A stretch of 64,000 bases of DNA from the human T2T-CHM13v2.0 reference genome, Homo sapiens, in NCBI RefSeq assembly GCF_009914755.1, contig NC_060938.1; one strand, given 5' to 3'. Below the pieces are notes generated by a model. That model saw nothing but the letters and a program-made list of their open reading frames with translations, made no database searches and was not told the origin of the DNA. The position numbers and the translations under genes are program-made. Positions 50,931 to 64,000 of the stretch are shown one piece after another. Positions within the stretch are counted from its first letter, which is position 1. Each line of letters starts with the position of its first letter.

Positions 50931-51149
50931 TGGGATCAAGGGATAGGAGGACTCAAAGCCAGGGGCTTCCAAAGCCTGGTCTGTGGAGAGAGTGCATCAG
51001 AACCACCTGGTGCACTTGATTCCTTGATTCTGATTCAGAGTCCCTACGGTGGGGCTCTGGAATTGTACATTTTACAAGCTAGCCCTAGTCAATTTTTCTG
51101 TACACCCAGTTCTGGGAGCTGCTGTTCCAACCAACTCAGTGATAACCTT

Positions 51150-51518
51150 TGTAGCAGTTATTAGTGCTGTTCACCGAATAGCTCTATCTCTTTACCTTCT
51201 AAGCACAGGATACGATTGCGCTTCCTGCCCTGCTGTGGGAAGATGGGGTCAAGGGACTAGTTTTGACCAATGGCTTGTGGGAGAAGTGCTGTGTGTTAAA
51301 TACGAGCTGAACTGTAATTGCCAGTGCAAGACCCCCCACCCCAGAGCTCTCTTCGCTGCAGTATTTGGGGTGGTGGCTGCTCTACTAGCCTGGACCCCTG
51401 AGGGACTGAGTAGAATCCGCCTACCCACCTGTGATGCACACACACCCGGGGCTTTTAAAGCCTCTGAAATGCCAGGTTGGTTGTTACTGCAGCATAACCT
51501 AGTCTATCCTGACTGATT
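51150..51518 (+). mobile_element. Old MLT1 (H/I-type) LTR
   Basis: TTGTTACTGCAGCATAACCTAGTCTATCCTGACTGAT 3' end. Confidence 0.65.
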
Positions 51519-51846
51519 GAAATATGGGAATGTTTTGTTTCAACTTCAAGTCACCCGCTAGAACCTAACTTGGATACAGACACATTTTTTAAGCTTTGCA
51601 AACAATTTGCTTAACAAGATTCAGGCTCATCATAGCAGCCAATTTTCATATTATGGGGGTCACTGAATTGAACAAAATCAGTATTAACACCCAAGCAACT
51701 CCAGAGCTTGTTTTTCTTGCTATTTTATTAATTCGCTAAAACTAATCATTTTCTAACTAATATCAGACTTTACTGTGCATACAAATTACCTCGAGATCTT
51801 GTTAAAATGCACAGTGTTACAATTCAGAAGGTCTAGGATGAGGTTC

Positions 51847-52213
51847 TGCCTTAGTCAGTTTGGGCTACTATAACAGATACCACAGACTGTGTGGCTGAAA
51901 CAACACTTATTTCTAATGGTTCTGGAAGCTGGGAAGTCCAAGATCAAGGTGCTAGCAGATTCCATATCTGGAGAGGGCCTGCTTCCTGGCTTATAGGCAG
52001 CCACCCTCTTGCTGTATCCTCATGTGGCAGAGAACAGAGATCATCTCTCTCATGTCTCCTCTTATAAGGGAACTAATCCCATTTTGAGGATCCCACCCTC
52101 ATGACCTAATCACCTCCCAAAGACCCCAACTTCAAACACCATCATATTGGGGATTCAGGCTTCAACATAGAAATCCTGGCTGGAGGCGGGGCACAAACTT
52201 TCAGTCCACAGCA
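51847..52213 (-). mobile_element. MLT1A0/MSTD-type LTR inserted in MER5A (~51775-52290)
   Basis: TTAGTCAGTTTGGGCTACTATAACA...TTCAGTCCACAGCA; MER5A halves flank it. Confidence 0.8.
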
Positions 52214-52370
52214 GACTCATTCTATAGCTCTAACCAGTTCTGGGGTGATGCCAGTTCTGCTGGTCTGTGGACCACACTTTGAATAGCAAGATTTTAGGTA
52301 ATGCTTTTCTACAAAATAAATTATTGAACTAATGGGTAAGTTAATTTCATAACATCCATAATTATAATAA

Positions 52371-52941
<571 letters not shown>

Positions 52942-53260
52942 GAAAGCAAGCATATATTCTTATCCCTACTTTGCAGATGATAAAAATAAAAGCTGAGAGA
53001 GCTTGAGACTCCCTGAGGGTCATCTTGTTCGGTAATGTCAAGGATTAGACTAGAAAACAAATCTTGTCTATGCTCTACCACTGCCTAATAACAGTCCCCA
53101 AGATTTCATCAGTGTTTGAATGCCCAGCAAGATTCTAAACATGGTGTGTGTGTGTCTCATTGGAAACCACCTCAAATCCAAATGCTGTGGTCACTTTCAA
53201 CCTAGCCTCTCAGTAGCACCCTGCACTTTGGCTTTGGGATGGCCTCCTACATGGAGGAAA

Positions 53261-53279
53261 CATTGCCACCTAGTGGACT
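53261..53279 (-). promoter_or_regulatory. Strong CTCF core motif
   Basis: Minus strand GTCCACTAGGTGGCAATG fits CCASYAGRKGGCR; unique sequence; occupancy not shown. Confidence 0.6.
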
Positions 53280-54020
53280 TCCAGAGCATCAACTCTTAGG
53301 ACGCTGAGTCTGGGTTACATCTTGGGTTACATCTTTCTAACTTTGGCCTTCATAGCTCTGGTTCTTCCAGTCAACACAAATGCTAGACTCTACATAAGAG
53401 ATGCAGATGTAGCACTGTCATGGCCTTTGCTTCTAGGAGCTCTTGAGGTAGGTGCAGAGACAAGATTTTTTTACACGAAATAATTAGTTCCTTGTTCAAA
53501 TTTCGTGATCAGAGGACATGGTTAAGTTCTAACCTTTAGTAGTTGTGTAATCTTGGGCAAGGCGCGTGACCTCTTTCATCCTCCATTTCTTCATCTACAA
53601 AGAGAAGATACAATAGTCTTGCCTCACTGGGTCATTGGGATGAAGACGAGAGATTCGTATTAAAAACCAGCAGGGCCTGGGAATGGAGATGTTACGGGGA
53701 ATGGAGGTTATGATTTCTAGATGGCACCAAGATTTTGAGCCTGGTTGACAGGAACAATGATGATTCCATGGGGAGAGATAAGGTGGACAGCTATTTGAGG
53801 TAAAAGATGGCAAGTTTAGATTTACCTATGAGTCTAAAATGTCACTGGGACAGATGTGGGACAATATCCAAAGCAGTTGGAAGGGGCTGTGGAATGAAGA
53901 CCCAGGTTTGGAAAGGCAGGAGAGTACAGTGGTCAGGTGCATGGGTGTGGGGCCCAACAGCGCGGGTTTCACTCTCAACTTCACTGCTTCCCAGCTGTGT
54001 GACCTCCAGCAAGTTGTTTA

Positions 54021-54360
<340 letters not shown>

Positions 54361-54785
54361 GCAAATAACAATGGTTGCTGTGAGAATGACATGAGTTAGC
54401 ATAGCTACATTAATATCTATTAGGTACTTTCTGTAACTTTTGCCTGAGTCAGGCTTGAGTGCACAGGTTGGAGGGGAGGGGGTCAAGTGTATGAGTTGAT
54501 TATGAACTGTTTATATATTCACTGGAATATAGGCTCCAGGAGGGCAGGAGCTTCTATGGTTTATTTCTATCTCCTGGTGCAGCACAGATGCTTAATAAGT
54601 AGTCATTGAATAAATGAGTGAATGAATGAATGAATTAATTGACACAGGCCTAGTGAAGAGTGGAGTCAGGAGAGGCTGAAAGGGAAACCAGTAGACTGGG
54701 CCTTGCATATGACCCAGAGGTAGGGGCTGAAGGCCACTCTCCAACCGTGCTCTTTTTAGAAGTGTGAGATGGAAAGGACTAGGTT

Positions 54786-54972
54786 AGTGGTTCTCAACCC
54801 AGGCAATGTCTGGAGAGAGACATCTCTGGTTTTCGCAATTGGTGGGTATAGGGAAAGTAATCCTGGCATCTAGCAGATGGGGGACATGGTTGTGGTTAAA
54901 CATCCTACAATGCCCAGGACACCCCCCAAAACAGAAAATGATCTATCCCCAAATATCAACAGTGCTGAGCCT
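54786..54972. mobile_element. MER20
   Basis: AGTGGTTCTCAACC...GGCAATGTCTGGAGA...CTGGCATCTAG...TAAACATCCTACAATGC...AAATATCAACAGTGCTGAG. Confidence 0.8.
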
Positions 54973-54992
54973 TAGGTGTCTAAAAGATCATT

Positions 54993-55245
54993 CTTTTATA
55001 ACTTTTTAAACTGTTACATAATAGTTGTGCAAATTTTGGAAGTACATGTGATATTTTGACACATGTACACAATGTAATGGTCAAATCAGAGTAATTGAGC
55101 TATTACCTCAAACATTCATCTTTTTTGTTAGGGACATTGCAATTATTCTAGCCATTTTGAAAATACAATAAATTAGTGTTAACTATAATTTCCCTACCGT
55201 ACTATGGAATACTAGGTCTTATTTTTATGATCTAACTGTATTTCC
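54993..55245 (-). mobile_element. L1MA 3' end
   Basis: GTACATGTGATATTTTGACACATGTACACAATG; TSD-like AAAAGAT(C/G)ATTCT 54982-54994 / 55246-55258. Confidence 0.75.
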
Positions 55246-57135
55246 AAAAGATGATTCTAATCCCTGCTGTGTTTCTTAATAGTTCTGTGGCCTTATCAGC
55301 CAAATCCTTGATTTCCCTGAGTTTGTTTCCTTATCTGTAAAATGGGAACATGAGTACCAGCGCTATTCATATTGTGGATACGTGGTGAAGAACAGAATAC
55401 TGTGTTCTTGGCACCTGCCACATGGTGAGTCCATGTTCAATCCTACTATTACTCTAGTTATTGCTCTCATGCTAAGATGCACAACAAAATAAAGCCTCAT
55501 CTTCTGGGACTATGGATTCTACTAAGGAGCTTGACAGTGTCACTTTGAAAAGATCAAATGCACTCACTCTTAGCTCCCACCATCCTACACACAAAAGCAA
55601 TTCTGCTAATAGTGGTCTTGCACCTCCTTTCATCTATCCTGAGGATATGGACGTTGGTGTAGTGTTGAGAATGACCCTGGAGTTGCCACTAGCACTAAAA
55701 CAGGCTGAGGCTGCTCTACTTATAATCAGTTCATAATCAACTCATAAACTTGACCCCTCCCCTCCACCCATGCACTCAGGCCTGACCCAGGCAAAAGTTA
55801 CAGGGCTGAGTCTTCCATCAACTACACGCCATGCAGTACCCAAGAAAGTGCACACTTATGGGGATTATGGTGAGGAAGAAAGCAGTCACCATCCTTGCTG
55901 GACTTCCATCACTCCATTAGCAGAATTTAAGTAGCCGTTATGCCCCAGGCCTCCCCTGGTCACATGTCTTCCCCTTCCCCACACACCACAGGAGTGCTAC
56001 CAATTTTAACCTAAACCCATCTGGGTGAAGATGCTTGGGGAGAGGGAAATTGGAGTGAGAGGCAGCACACGTTGTGATGGGCTTGAACAGGTTCTAGAAG
56101 AGGCATGACATGAATATTGCCAAACATGGCCAAAGGCTTATAAAAGACCTGGCTTTGCAGCAAAGAAAACAAAAGTCTGGGTAAAAGATTGTGAAGGCTG
56201 CATCTACTTAGACATTGCTGTTCATGAGTGTGCAGATGGATGGCCTGGCATGCACATGTTGTGCACACTGAGCTTCCAGCTCCCCTGAACGCACCCACAC
56301 AACACTCGCTAACACTCAGGGCTGAATCCCAGCTGTCAGCATGGCATCTCTACCCAACATGTGGCCTTTTTTCCTCTCTGGACTGCTCCAGCCTCAGCTG
56401 AGAGATGATTCTGTCCTGATAACTACAGCTTTGTTTTGTGAAAACAGAGACGCAAGCATCAGTTCCTTCTTCTGCCCAGAGGTCTCAAGGAGTTTGGACA
56501 GGGGTATCATGGGGGCAGGGAACACAGGGAAAAAGAGAGAGCGGGGAGGAAATGAGGAACAGGTAAGAAATGCATTGCTGTTGGAAAAAAGAGCTCTCTT
56601 CAGCCAATAATAACAGCTGAGGTTGTCTGAGCACTTACTTTCTCCCAGGCACTGTGCTAAACACGTTTGTTACTCAGTCCTCAGACACTCCCATGAGTTC
56701 AGTTTAAGAATTCCCATTCCACAGAACATGGAAAGGGTGCTCCAACAATTACGTTACTGCAGATTAGCTCATTCTCAATCTAACCAATAAACATGACCCT
56801 AGGGTAGAATGTAAAGTGATTTAAATGGAACACCTGCCTTACAGAAGATCCTTTCCACTCAGCATTTGGGAGGGGAGAGGATTTTTTTATTCAATTTGGA
56901 TGGCTAATTAGTTATCACAATGACTGAGGAATGGGAAGGTGCCACTGGCATTTAGCGGAAGAAGTCCAGGATGCTAAAAACATCCTATGCTCTAGAGAAC
57001 AATGCTCTAGTCAAGAAACATGAGAACTGTATGCCCCTTGGCTCCCCTATCTCTATAGTGTGGACATCACCTGCCTCATCAGCTTATAATGAGGATTGAA
57101 TGACTCACCATCTGGAAGGTACCAGTTCCCACAAT

Positions 57136-57574
57136 TTAGCAGAAGCTGTCAGTGCCCCAACCATACCCTTTGGCTATGTACTGTTTCTGAGCAGGCTGGC
57201 CTGACCTCCACCAGCCAGCATCTGTATCTCCCTTTCCACAAGTTTTTCTGGCCATGAAAGCACACCAGAACCTCCCATCACGAGACAAACTCAAGGCAGC
57301 CTGGGGCCCTCCACCAGTGGCTGGTGGGAGTTGGTGTATAAACACGCAGCTACCTCACTCTTTGGAGAGACAGAGCTGAGACTCATGTTCTGCACTGTTT
57401 ACAGAGTTCCCCAGTAGGATTAAACTCCAGTTTCCTACAGTGGTAACCAGCTTCCTTTCCTTCTCTCTCAAGCTCACCACTCTCTATGGTGCTCTCTGGG
57501 ACCATTTCCCAGTTAAACCATTTGCTTACAAATCCCTGTCTCTGAGTTGCTCCTCAGGAAGCTGAATCTAAGAC
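57136..57574 (+). mobile_element. LTR16-type ERVL solo LTR
   Basis: GAAGCTGTCAGTGCCCC...AAATCCCTGTCTCTGAGTTGCTCCTCAGGAAG...CTAAGACA. Confidence 0.7.
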
Positions 57575-58164
57575 ACACAGTGAACAGTGAACAGTGAACT
57601 GTGACCCCCTTACTTCTGTGCCCTGGTTAGTTTGTATGTTTTTTTTCAACCTAGAGCGCCCATTATGTGTGTGTCTTCTTGTGCAGGTCTGCTCATTTTA
57701 ATAACTGTGTACTGTGAATTATGTTGGTTCCTCTCTCTGGCTCGTTAGCAACATTATTGAAAATTGGGTAGGGAGGGCAGCCCAGGAAACCTCACAAACA
57801 GGAGGTGATTCTTTCCCAGACAATGCAGGCACTGCCATTTCTGCTTTGGGACTGAGAAACTCCCCCACCCCCAGCCCCCACCAGCCAGGAAGAAGAGTGG
57901 ATCCTTGTGGTACAACAGCAAAAGGGACGTGCAGGTCCCAGGAAGCTCAGAGAGCTATGTTTGGGGAGGCCTCTGTCTGACCTCACATAAGCAACAGAGC
58001 TGTACTGCCCAAATAGTCCCTCCTGAACACAGCAGGGCTAGAAGCTGGCTTGGGAGAACATCAGAAGAGGATGAGGGCCCTGCCCTTGAGAAAGGAACCA
58101 AAGCACTACTAACTAAAGGGACAATCAAGCAACTGTGCAACCCAAAACCCATAGTTCACAATGA

Positions 58165-58542
<378 letters not shown>

Positions 58543-58711
58543 TAGAGCTGTTTTATGTCTTCCAAGTTTATGCCCTTCATGGGGAAGTGAAGCCACATCC
58601 AAATGGTTGGGGAAATGTCCTGAAGAGCTGAATATCTGCCACCTCACCTGCATGGCTCTCGTGCTCGCAGCCAGGCTGCAGGACTCCAAAGCCACCCCTG
58701 GGAACCTCTGA

Positions 58712-59197
<486 letters not shown>

Positions 59198-61762
59198 TAG
59201 CGTCATTTTGAGGATTAAATGAGATAATATACAGAAGCAGCAGACATGAGTTCCTGATGTGTAGGATCCAACTAATAAACATTAGCCAGGAGTAAGAAAT
59301 AGTTTGAGCAGCAATGGTCACAGCAGCAACAGAATGGTAGGGGTAGTTAAGAGCTTGGAATCGGCTGCTTTCCTGTATCCTCTCTAGTAGCTGGCACAAA
59401 CTCTGCACAAAGTGCACACTCAATAAATATTTGCATGAAAGCATTGAGTAAACCAAGCCAGGCTGAAGATGTTTAAAGCTACTGTTTACTGTGTCCTTAT
59501 CAGATACCAGGCCCTGGGGTGAGCACATCATTTAGATTTCCTCACATGATCTTTTAAATCACTCCCCGGCTTCTGTGGTTTCCTTCCATGGGGAGCGAGC
59601 TCAGCCTGCTGAGACACTCCCGGCTCTTCACCTCAGTACATCTTTAGCGGGAGAAGCATCTGAGTGGGGAATTGGGAGGAGAAACTGGGCATGCACGGCC
59701 CTCCCTGTTCCCACCACCTCCTCCCCTTTGGGGGCTTCACTGTCTCACTCTATGAGCTTTACAGGGGCTGTGAAGATCCAGGGACCCTGGCGGCCAGGTA
59801 GGTCTGTGAACTCTGGGGCTACACGTCAGGGAATCCCCTGGCCTGTAGAGGTAAGCTACGTGTTATACAACCTGGCCTTTGTTGTAAGGAAGGTGATTTG
59901 GGACCTCCATATGCTGGCTCTTTTATCTTATTCAAGAATTGGTTCAGACCCAGGTGGGGAAGGGTGGTACTATCTTTTGACTCCCTATAACGTAATTCCT
60001 ATACCAACTCCAGAGGTGAGTAACAGCATCCCGTATTTCCCCATGTAGTGGGTTAAATGACTTGCCCAAGGTCACACAGGTGAGCTACCATTCAGACCTG
60101 GGTGTGTTTAACTCCAAAGAATGGCTCACACCTGTGCTGTCCCTGGAATGTTGCTGTGCCCACAAATCACCAGCTGAAGCACGCATTGCCAGTCTCATGA
60201 GAAGAGGCAAAGAGGGCCATTTACCTAGGAGAGCTAGACCTGAGCCTGCCGGATGTGCTTCCCGTTAGCCCTCGACGACAGTCATTCCAGCTGGCTCCCT
60301 TCATGGGCGGGGTCTTGCTGGAAGCTTTCCTCCCACTCTCAGGACTTTCGCCCATCTTCCTGTTTGCTTCTCCTCTCCACTTTTCTCGTTATTTGGCAAA
60401 AAATATCCCAAGCCCTAAAAGACATGTAATTCCCAGAGCTTCTTCCCTGAGCATGTCCAAGTCTCTCCTGGTTGGCTCTTTTATTATTTCTTTCATTTAT
60501 TCCTGGAAGCCCTCATGACGACATGGGTTTCAGACTCTACTTATTTCCCAAATGACTTGTTGGCACTGCTGTGTGGCACTGGGATCAGTAAGGGAATGCA
60601 CCCTCACCTCTTCTCTATAAAATGCCTCCTTTGGTATCTTGGCAGATATTCTCACATGCCACATTCCACCAGGTGTCTGTAGAGGCAAGGAAGTTAGAGT
60701 CTGGAAGGGTCTCTACCTCCTCCTCCTTTTCCTCTCCCTCCTCCTGGTTATTCTTCTACTTCTCTCTCAAACAACTGCCTAGTTGTCTGCATTTGAAATA
60801 CAGTACCTGGTTGTAAACTCCAGAGATTTGGAACTCAAGGGGACCCTGCTTTTCTAATATTATAGATGAGGAATTAAGGCACAGAGAGGTTAAGGGACTT
60901 GCCTGAGGTCACACAGCAAAATAGTGGCTGAACTAGACTAGACTGTCAGTTTCTTGACTCAGTCCAGTGCTCATCTCAGAATGCCGTTTGGTTAAATTGG
61001 TCCACTGGGTTTATAGTGCTAAGAACCACATAGTTAAGTGAAGGAAGCACATCCATTCCCTACCTTACTGAAAGCCAGTTCTATCAGATCTGTTCTGTTA
61101 GAGTCTGACCGTGTCAACTCCCTCTCTGCCCTTCATTCACTTTTCTTACCATTGTGCAAAGCTAGTTCCCGCCCTGGGACCTTGGCACTTGCTGTCCCCT
61201 TGAGGTGAACACTCCTCTCAGATCTTCCAAAGCTCTCTCCAGATTGTTCAGGTCTCCGCTCAAGTGTCCCCATCTGACCTAAAACTGTCCCCTCCTCTAT
61301 CATTCTCTGCCTCCTACCCTGCTTTGAAATTTAGAGCACTTACCACTCTCTGAAATATTGTTTGTGCTTGTCCTCTTGTCTTGCCTGCCTCCCACACAAA
61401 AATGTAAATTCCACACAGGCAGGGACTTTGCTTTGCTCACCACTGTGTCCTCAGCACCTGGCACTTGGTAGATGATTGATAAGAATGAATTTGTTTGCTA
61501 TTAAGATATTATGGATTAATAGTGGTTAGGACCAAAATATACCACAGAGGATAGGGTGACAGGCAACCCAGATGGCTGCCATGGGACCCAGGAGGAGATT
61601 ACACATCCTGAATCTAGACATGGCAACACTGTTCTGAGTGTATTGGATTTTCAACTTCACAAAACCAAACACTCTGCAGAGCACAGCACACCTGGCTCCT
61701 GAGGGAAAAGAGCAGGACAACATCCCCTTCCAATTCAAGGTCAACAGGCTAAAATGCAGGCA

Positions 61763-62863
61763 CCGGTTTTGGTCGTCTCTCTCTTGCAAGGAACTGCTCT
61801 CCTCTCTCCTTTTTTCTGTCTATTAAACTTTCCGCTCCTTAACCCACCCACATCTGTCCAAGTTCTGAATTCTTTCTTGGCAAGAGACTACGATCCCCAT
61901 GGTATATACCCCAGACAATGTAGCTGTTTCAGTTGGGTGTTCTCATCAGGGATCGAGATGAGAATGGAAGGTAGAATCATTGGTGTGAGTCAAGGAAACT
62001 TATTTTGAACTAATTATGGCCTTTAATAATTGAGTAAGGTATACTCCTGTGAACAAAATTTGGAGCATGTTTGTTTCTCTCTACCTGGTTCCTCCAGAAT
62101 TTGGAAACCATCTACTCACCGTTCTTGTTCCTGTGAATCAAGTGGTGAGCTGCAGCTTGGAAGAAACAAAAAGTGATGCAACATCTGGTGGAGGCAAACC
62201 AGTGTTACAACCCATTGGAATGGCTGACAGCAATCAAACTCCAAACAGTGCTGCAGACCAAACCACGCATGAACACGCCTTTCTTCCGAGGACCCTTAGA
62301 TCAACCCCAGGAGGAGCCCTAAGTGCTGTTCCCCACATTACGCCCCTTTTCGGTAGGAAGTAGCCAGGAAGAGTCATCACCGAACACCCCCTAACACCAG
62401 TTAGTGTTACCACTCCAGAGGGAGGAATGATATAGGAGTTAAGAAGAAATCACTTAGGCAAATAGTAAGGGTATGTGAGTCCTCAGTAACGCTTTTCTAT
62501 TTAATGAAAAGCAGCTGCAAACCATTTTCTAACAAAGAACCGCCTGTAAAGTCTAGCTGCAGACATAGCTGGGAGCTTGCACAGGTGAATGCCAGCAAGA
62601 ACTAGGAACTAGACATGTTCAAGATGGTGGCCCCACCTTCCCTTCTCTGTCAGCCACGTGTAAAGAGCAAACAAGATGGTGGCGATCAACTGGAAAGCCC
62701 ACTTGCATAGTAAGATTAGGATGGGGCAACTTGCCTTCCCCGTGTGCTATATAAACGTCATACCTGATCGAACCAATCTGTGAGCCCAACATAAATCAGA
62801 CACTGCCTTCTCCAGCCTGCCTATAAAGTCTGCCCTGGCACACACTGCCTTTTCCTTTGCAGA

Positions 62864-62910
<47 letters not shown>

Positions 62911-63040
62911 CAAGGAGAGAGAAAGACTGTCTAATAAACTTTCCACTGTTTAACCCAAAAAAAATATATAAAATTAAATTAATTTAAATTAAATTAAAAA
63001 ATAAAAAAATAAAATAAAATAAATAAAATAAAATATAAAA
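61763..63040 (+). mobile_element. Processed (L1-retrotransposed) copy of a short LTR9/HUERS-P3-like ERV1 transcript: R-U5-PBS-short internal-PPT-U3-R-poly(A)
   Basis: R-U5 61763-61931 ends in CA. Degenerate tRNA-Pro PBS ~61934-61953. Env-tail remnant 62230-62322. PPT AGAGGGAGGAA 62417-62427. U3 starts TGATATAGGAGTTAAGAAGAAAT at 62428, TATA 62821-62827, AATAAA 62933-62938. LTR stops at ...AACCCA 62957, followed by an A-rich tail. TSD AAAATGCAGGCACC 61751-61764 / AAAATGCAGGAACC 63042-63055. Confidence 0.88.
62868..62908. repeat. (CT)n microsatellite expanded within the 3' R region of the ERV retrocopy
   Basis: About 20 CT units versus about 4 in the 5' R copy. Confidence 0.92.
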
Positions 63041-63827
63041 TAAAATGCAGGAACCTGGCAGACCTCAGAGGAGCCCAGGCCTGATCAAGGTGCTCCTTCC
63101 TGCCTCCTGTTCTTACCAGATAACTGATTCTCTCCGTGATGAGATGCACACTTCCTGGGATCCCATCCCCTCACAAGGATTCCACAACTTATCAGACCAC
63201 ATGGTTGCCCTTTTCTCCCACTCACCATCTGAGAATCACATGTTGTTAGCAATCCATCTTCCACCTACAAAAATAAGAAAGTAACTGACACCCTCAGGTG
63301 TGGAGCCCTGTTAACCCAGAAGTCAGCAAAGAAAAATGATTTGCCTTCTGATCAGGGAATGTGGGATATCAGTAAGCAAGGGGTATAGTTTCAGGTCTAG
63401 TGGTCTCCTTTTCTTAACCTCTAGCCTCACAAGCCAATAAAACTCACAGAAATCCTTCCCCTGCCTCATTAACCCCTCAGTCAAGTGAGGAGGCAGTCAC
63501 TCCCCACACCAAGGTAGCCTTATGCTTTCCTGTCCTGCACTAGCACTGAGATACTCAGATGGTACCCAGACCTCATCCTGCCATTAGCCCAAGCCAGGAA
63601 CAGCTCTGTCTGTGGAGAGAGTAGAAGGCAGTCAAGTGCTTGGGATACACCGTCTCTATTCTACAGTGTAACCTGAGAACCCCAAAATGCCCTGAGGCAG
63701 CCCAATCCTGCCCATCCCTCAAAGATGGCTTCAGTATTCATGTTTTATCATATTATATATTATAATTTTTTAATTAATAGAAAAGGAATGTTAACACAGG
63801 TCATCTGGATCCAGAGCTCCATGCTCT

Positions 63828-64000
63828 AAGTTTTTAAGGCTATGAATTTTCCTCTTAATATAGCTTTGACTACATCCCTTAGTTTGCAGTTTGTACTACT
63901 TTCATGTTAATGATTTTCTAAACATTCTGTAACTTCAGCTTTGACTTAATTCTTGACCTAAGGGTTGTTTAAAAGAGAATTTTAAAATCTTCAAATGGTT
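63828..64000 (-). mobile_element. Old L1M ORF2 fragment
   Basis: TTTAAGGCTATGAATTTTCCTCTTAATATAGCTTTG, typical antisense L1M endonuclease region. Confidence 0.6.

Noticed and set aside
62049-62363. 104-aa ORF in the ERV retrocopy
   Set aside because: Non-ATG start, not in the env-tail frame, no recognisable homology.

Overview
Primate (human-like) genomic DNA, intergenic or intronic and repeat-rich: about 30 Alus, L1/L2/MIR, MaLR/ERVL/ERV1 LTRs and hAT MITEs. I found no intact protein-coding exon, RNA gene or CRISPR array. Two structures stand out. (1) A nested retroposition stack at ~38.1-42.5 kb: an old L1M was hit by an AluY, a ~60-bp young L1PA and a full-length processed cytochrome c (CYCS) pseudogene with ancestral, non-human residues. 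The CYCS 3'UTR was later hit by a full-length antisense RPSA processed pseudogene and an Alu. Most layers still show target-site duplications (TSDs). (2) At 61.75-63.05 kb lies a short LTR9/HUERS-P3-like ERV1 with the structure of an mRNA rather than a provirus (R-U5-PBS-~0.5 kb internal with env tail-PPT-U3-R-poly(A), ~14-bp TSD), i.e. an L1-made processed copy of an ERV transcript. Also present: a twin-primed L1PA, a 5'-truncated L1 with a cryptic twin-priming signature, an L1 5'UTR-Alu composite inside one TSD, closely spaced inverted Alus, a strong CTCF motif and several homeodomain-motif-rich candidate enhancers. Repeat subfamily calls come from recalled consensus sequences and their boundaries are approximate. 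The pair may be CYCSP1/RPSAP3 at 14q24.3, but that is unverified recall.
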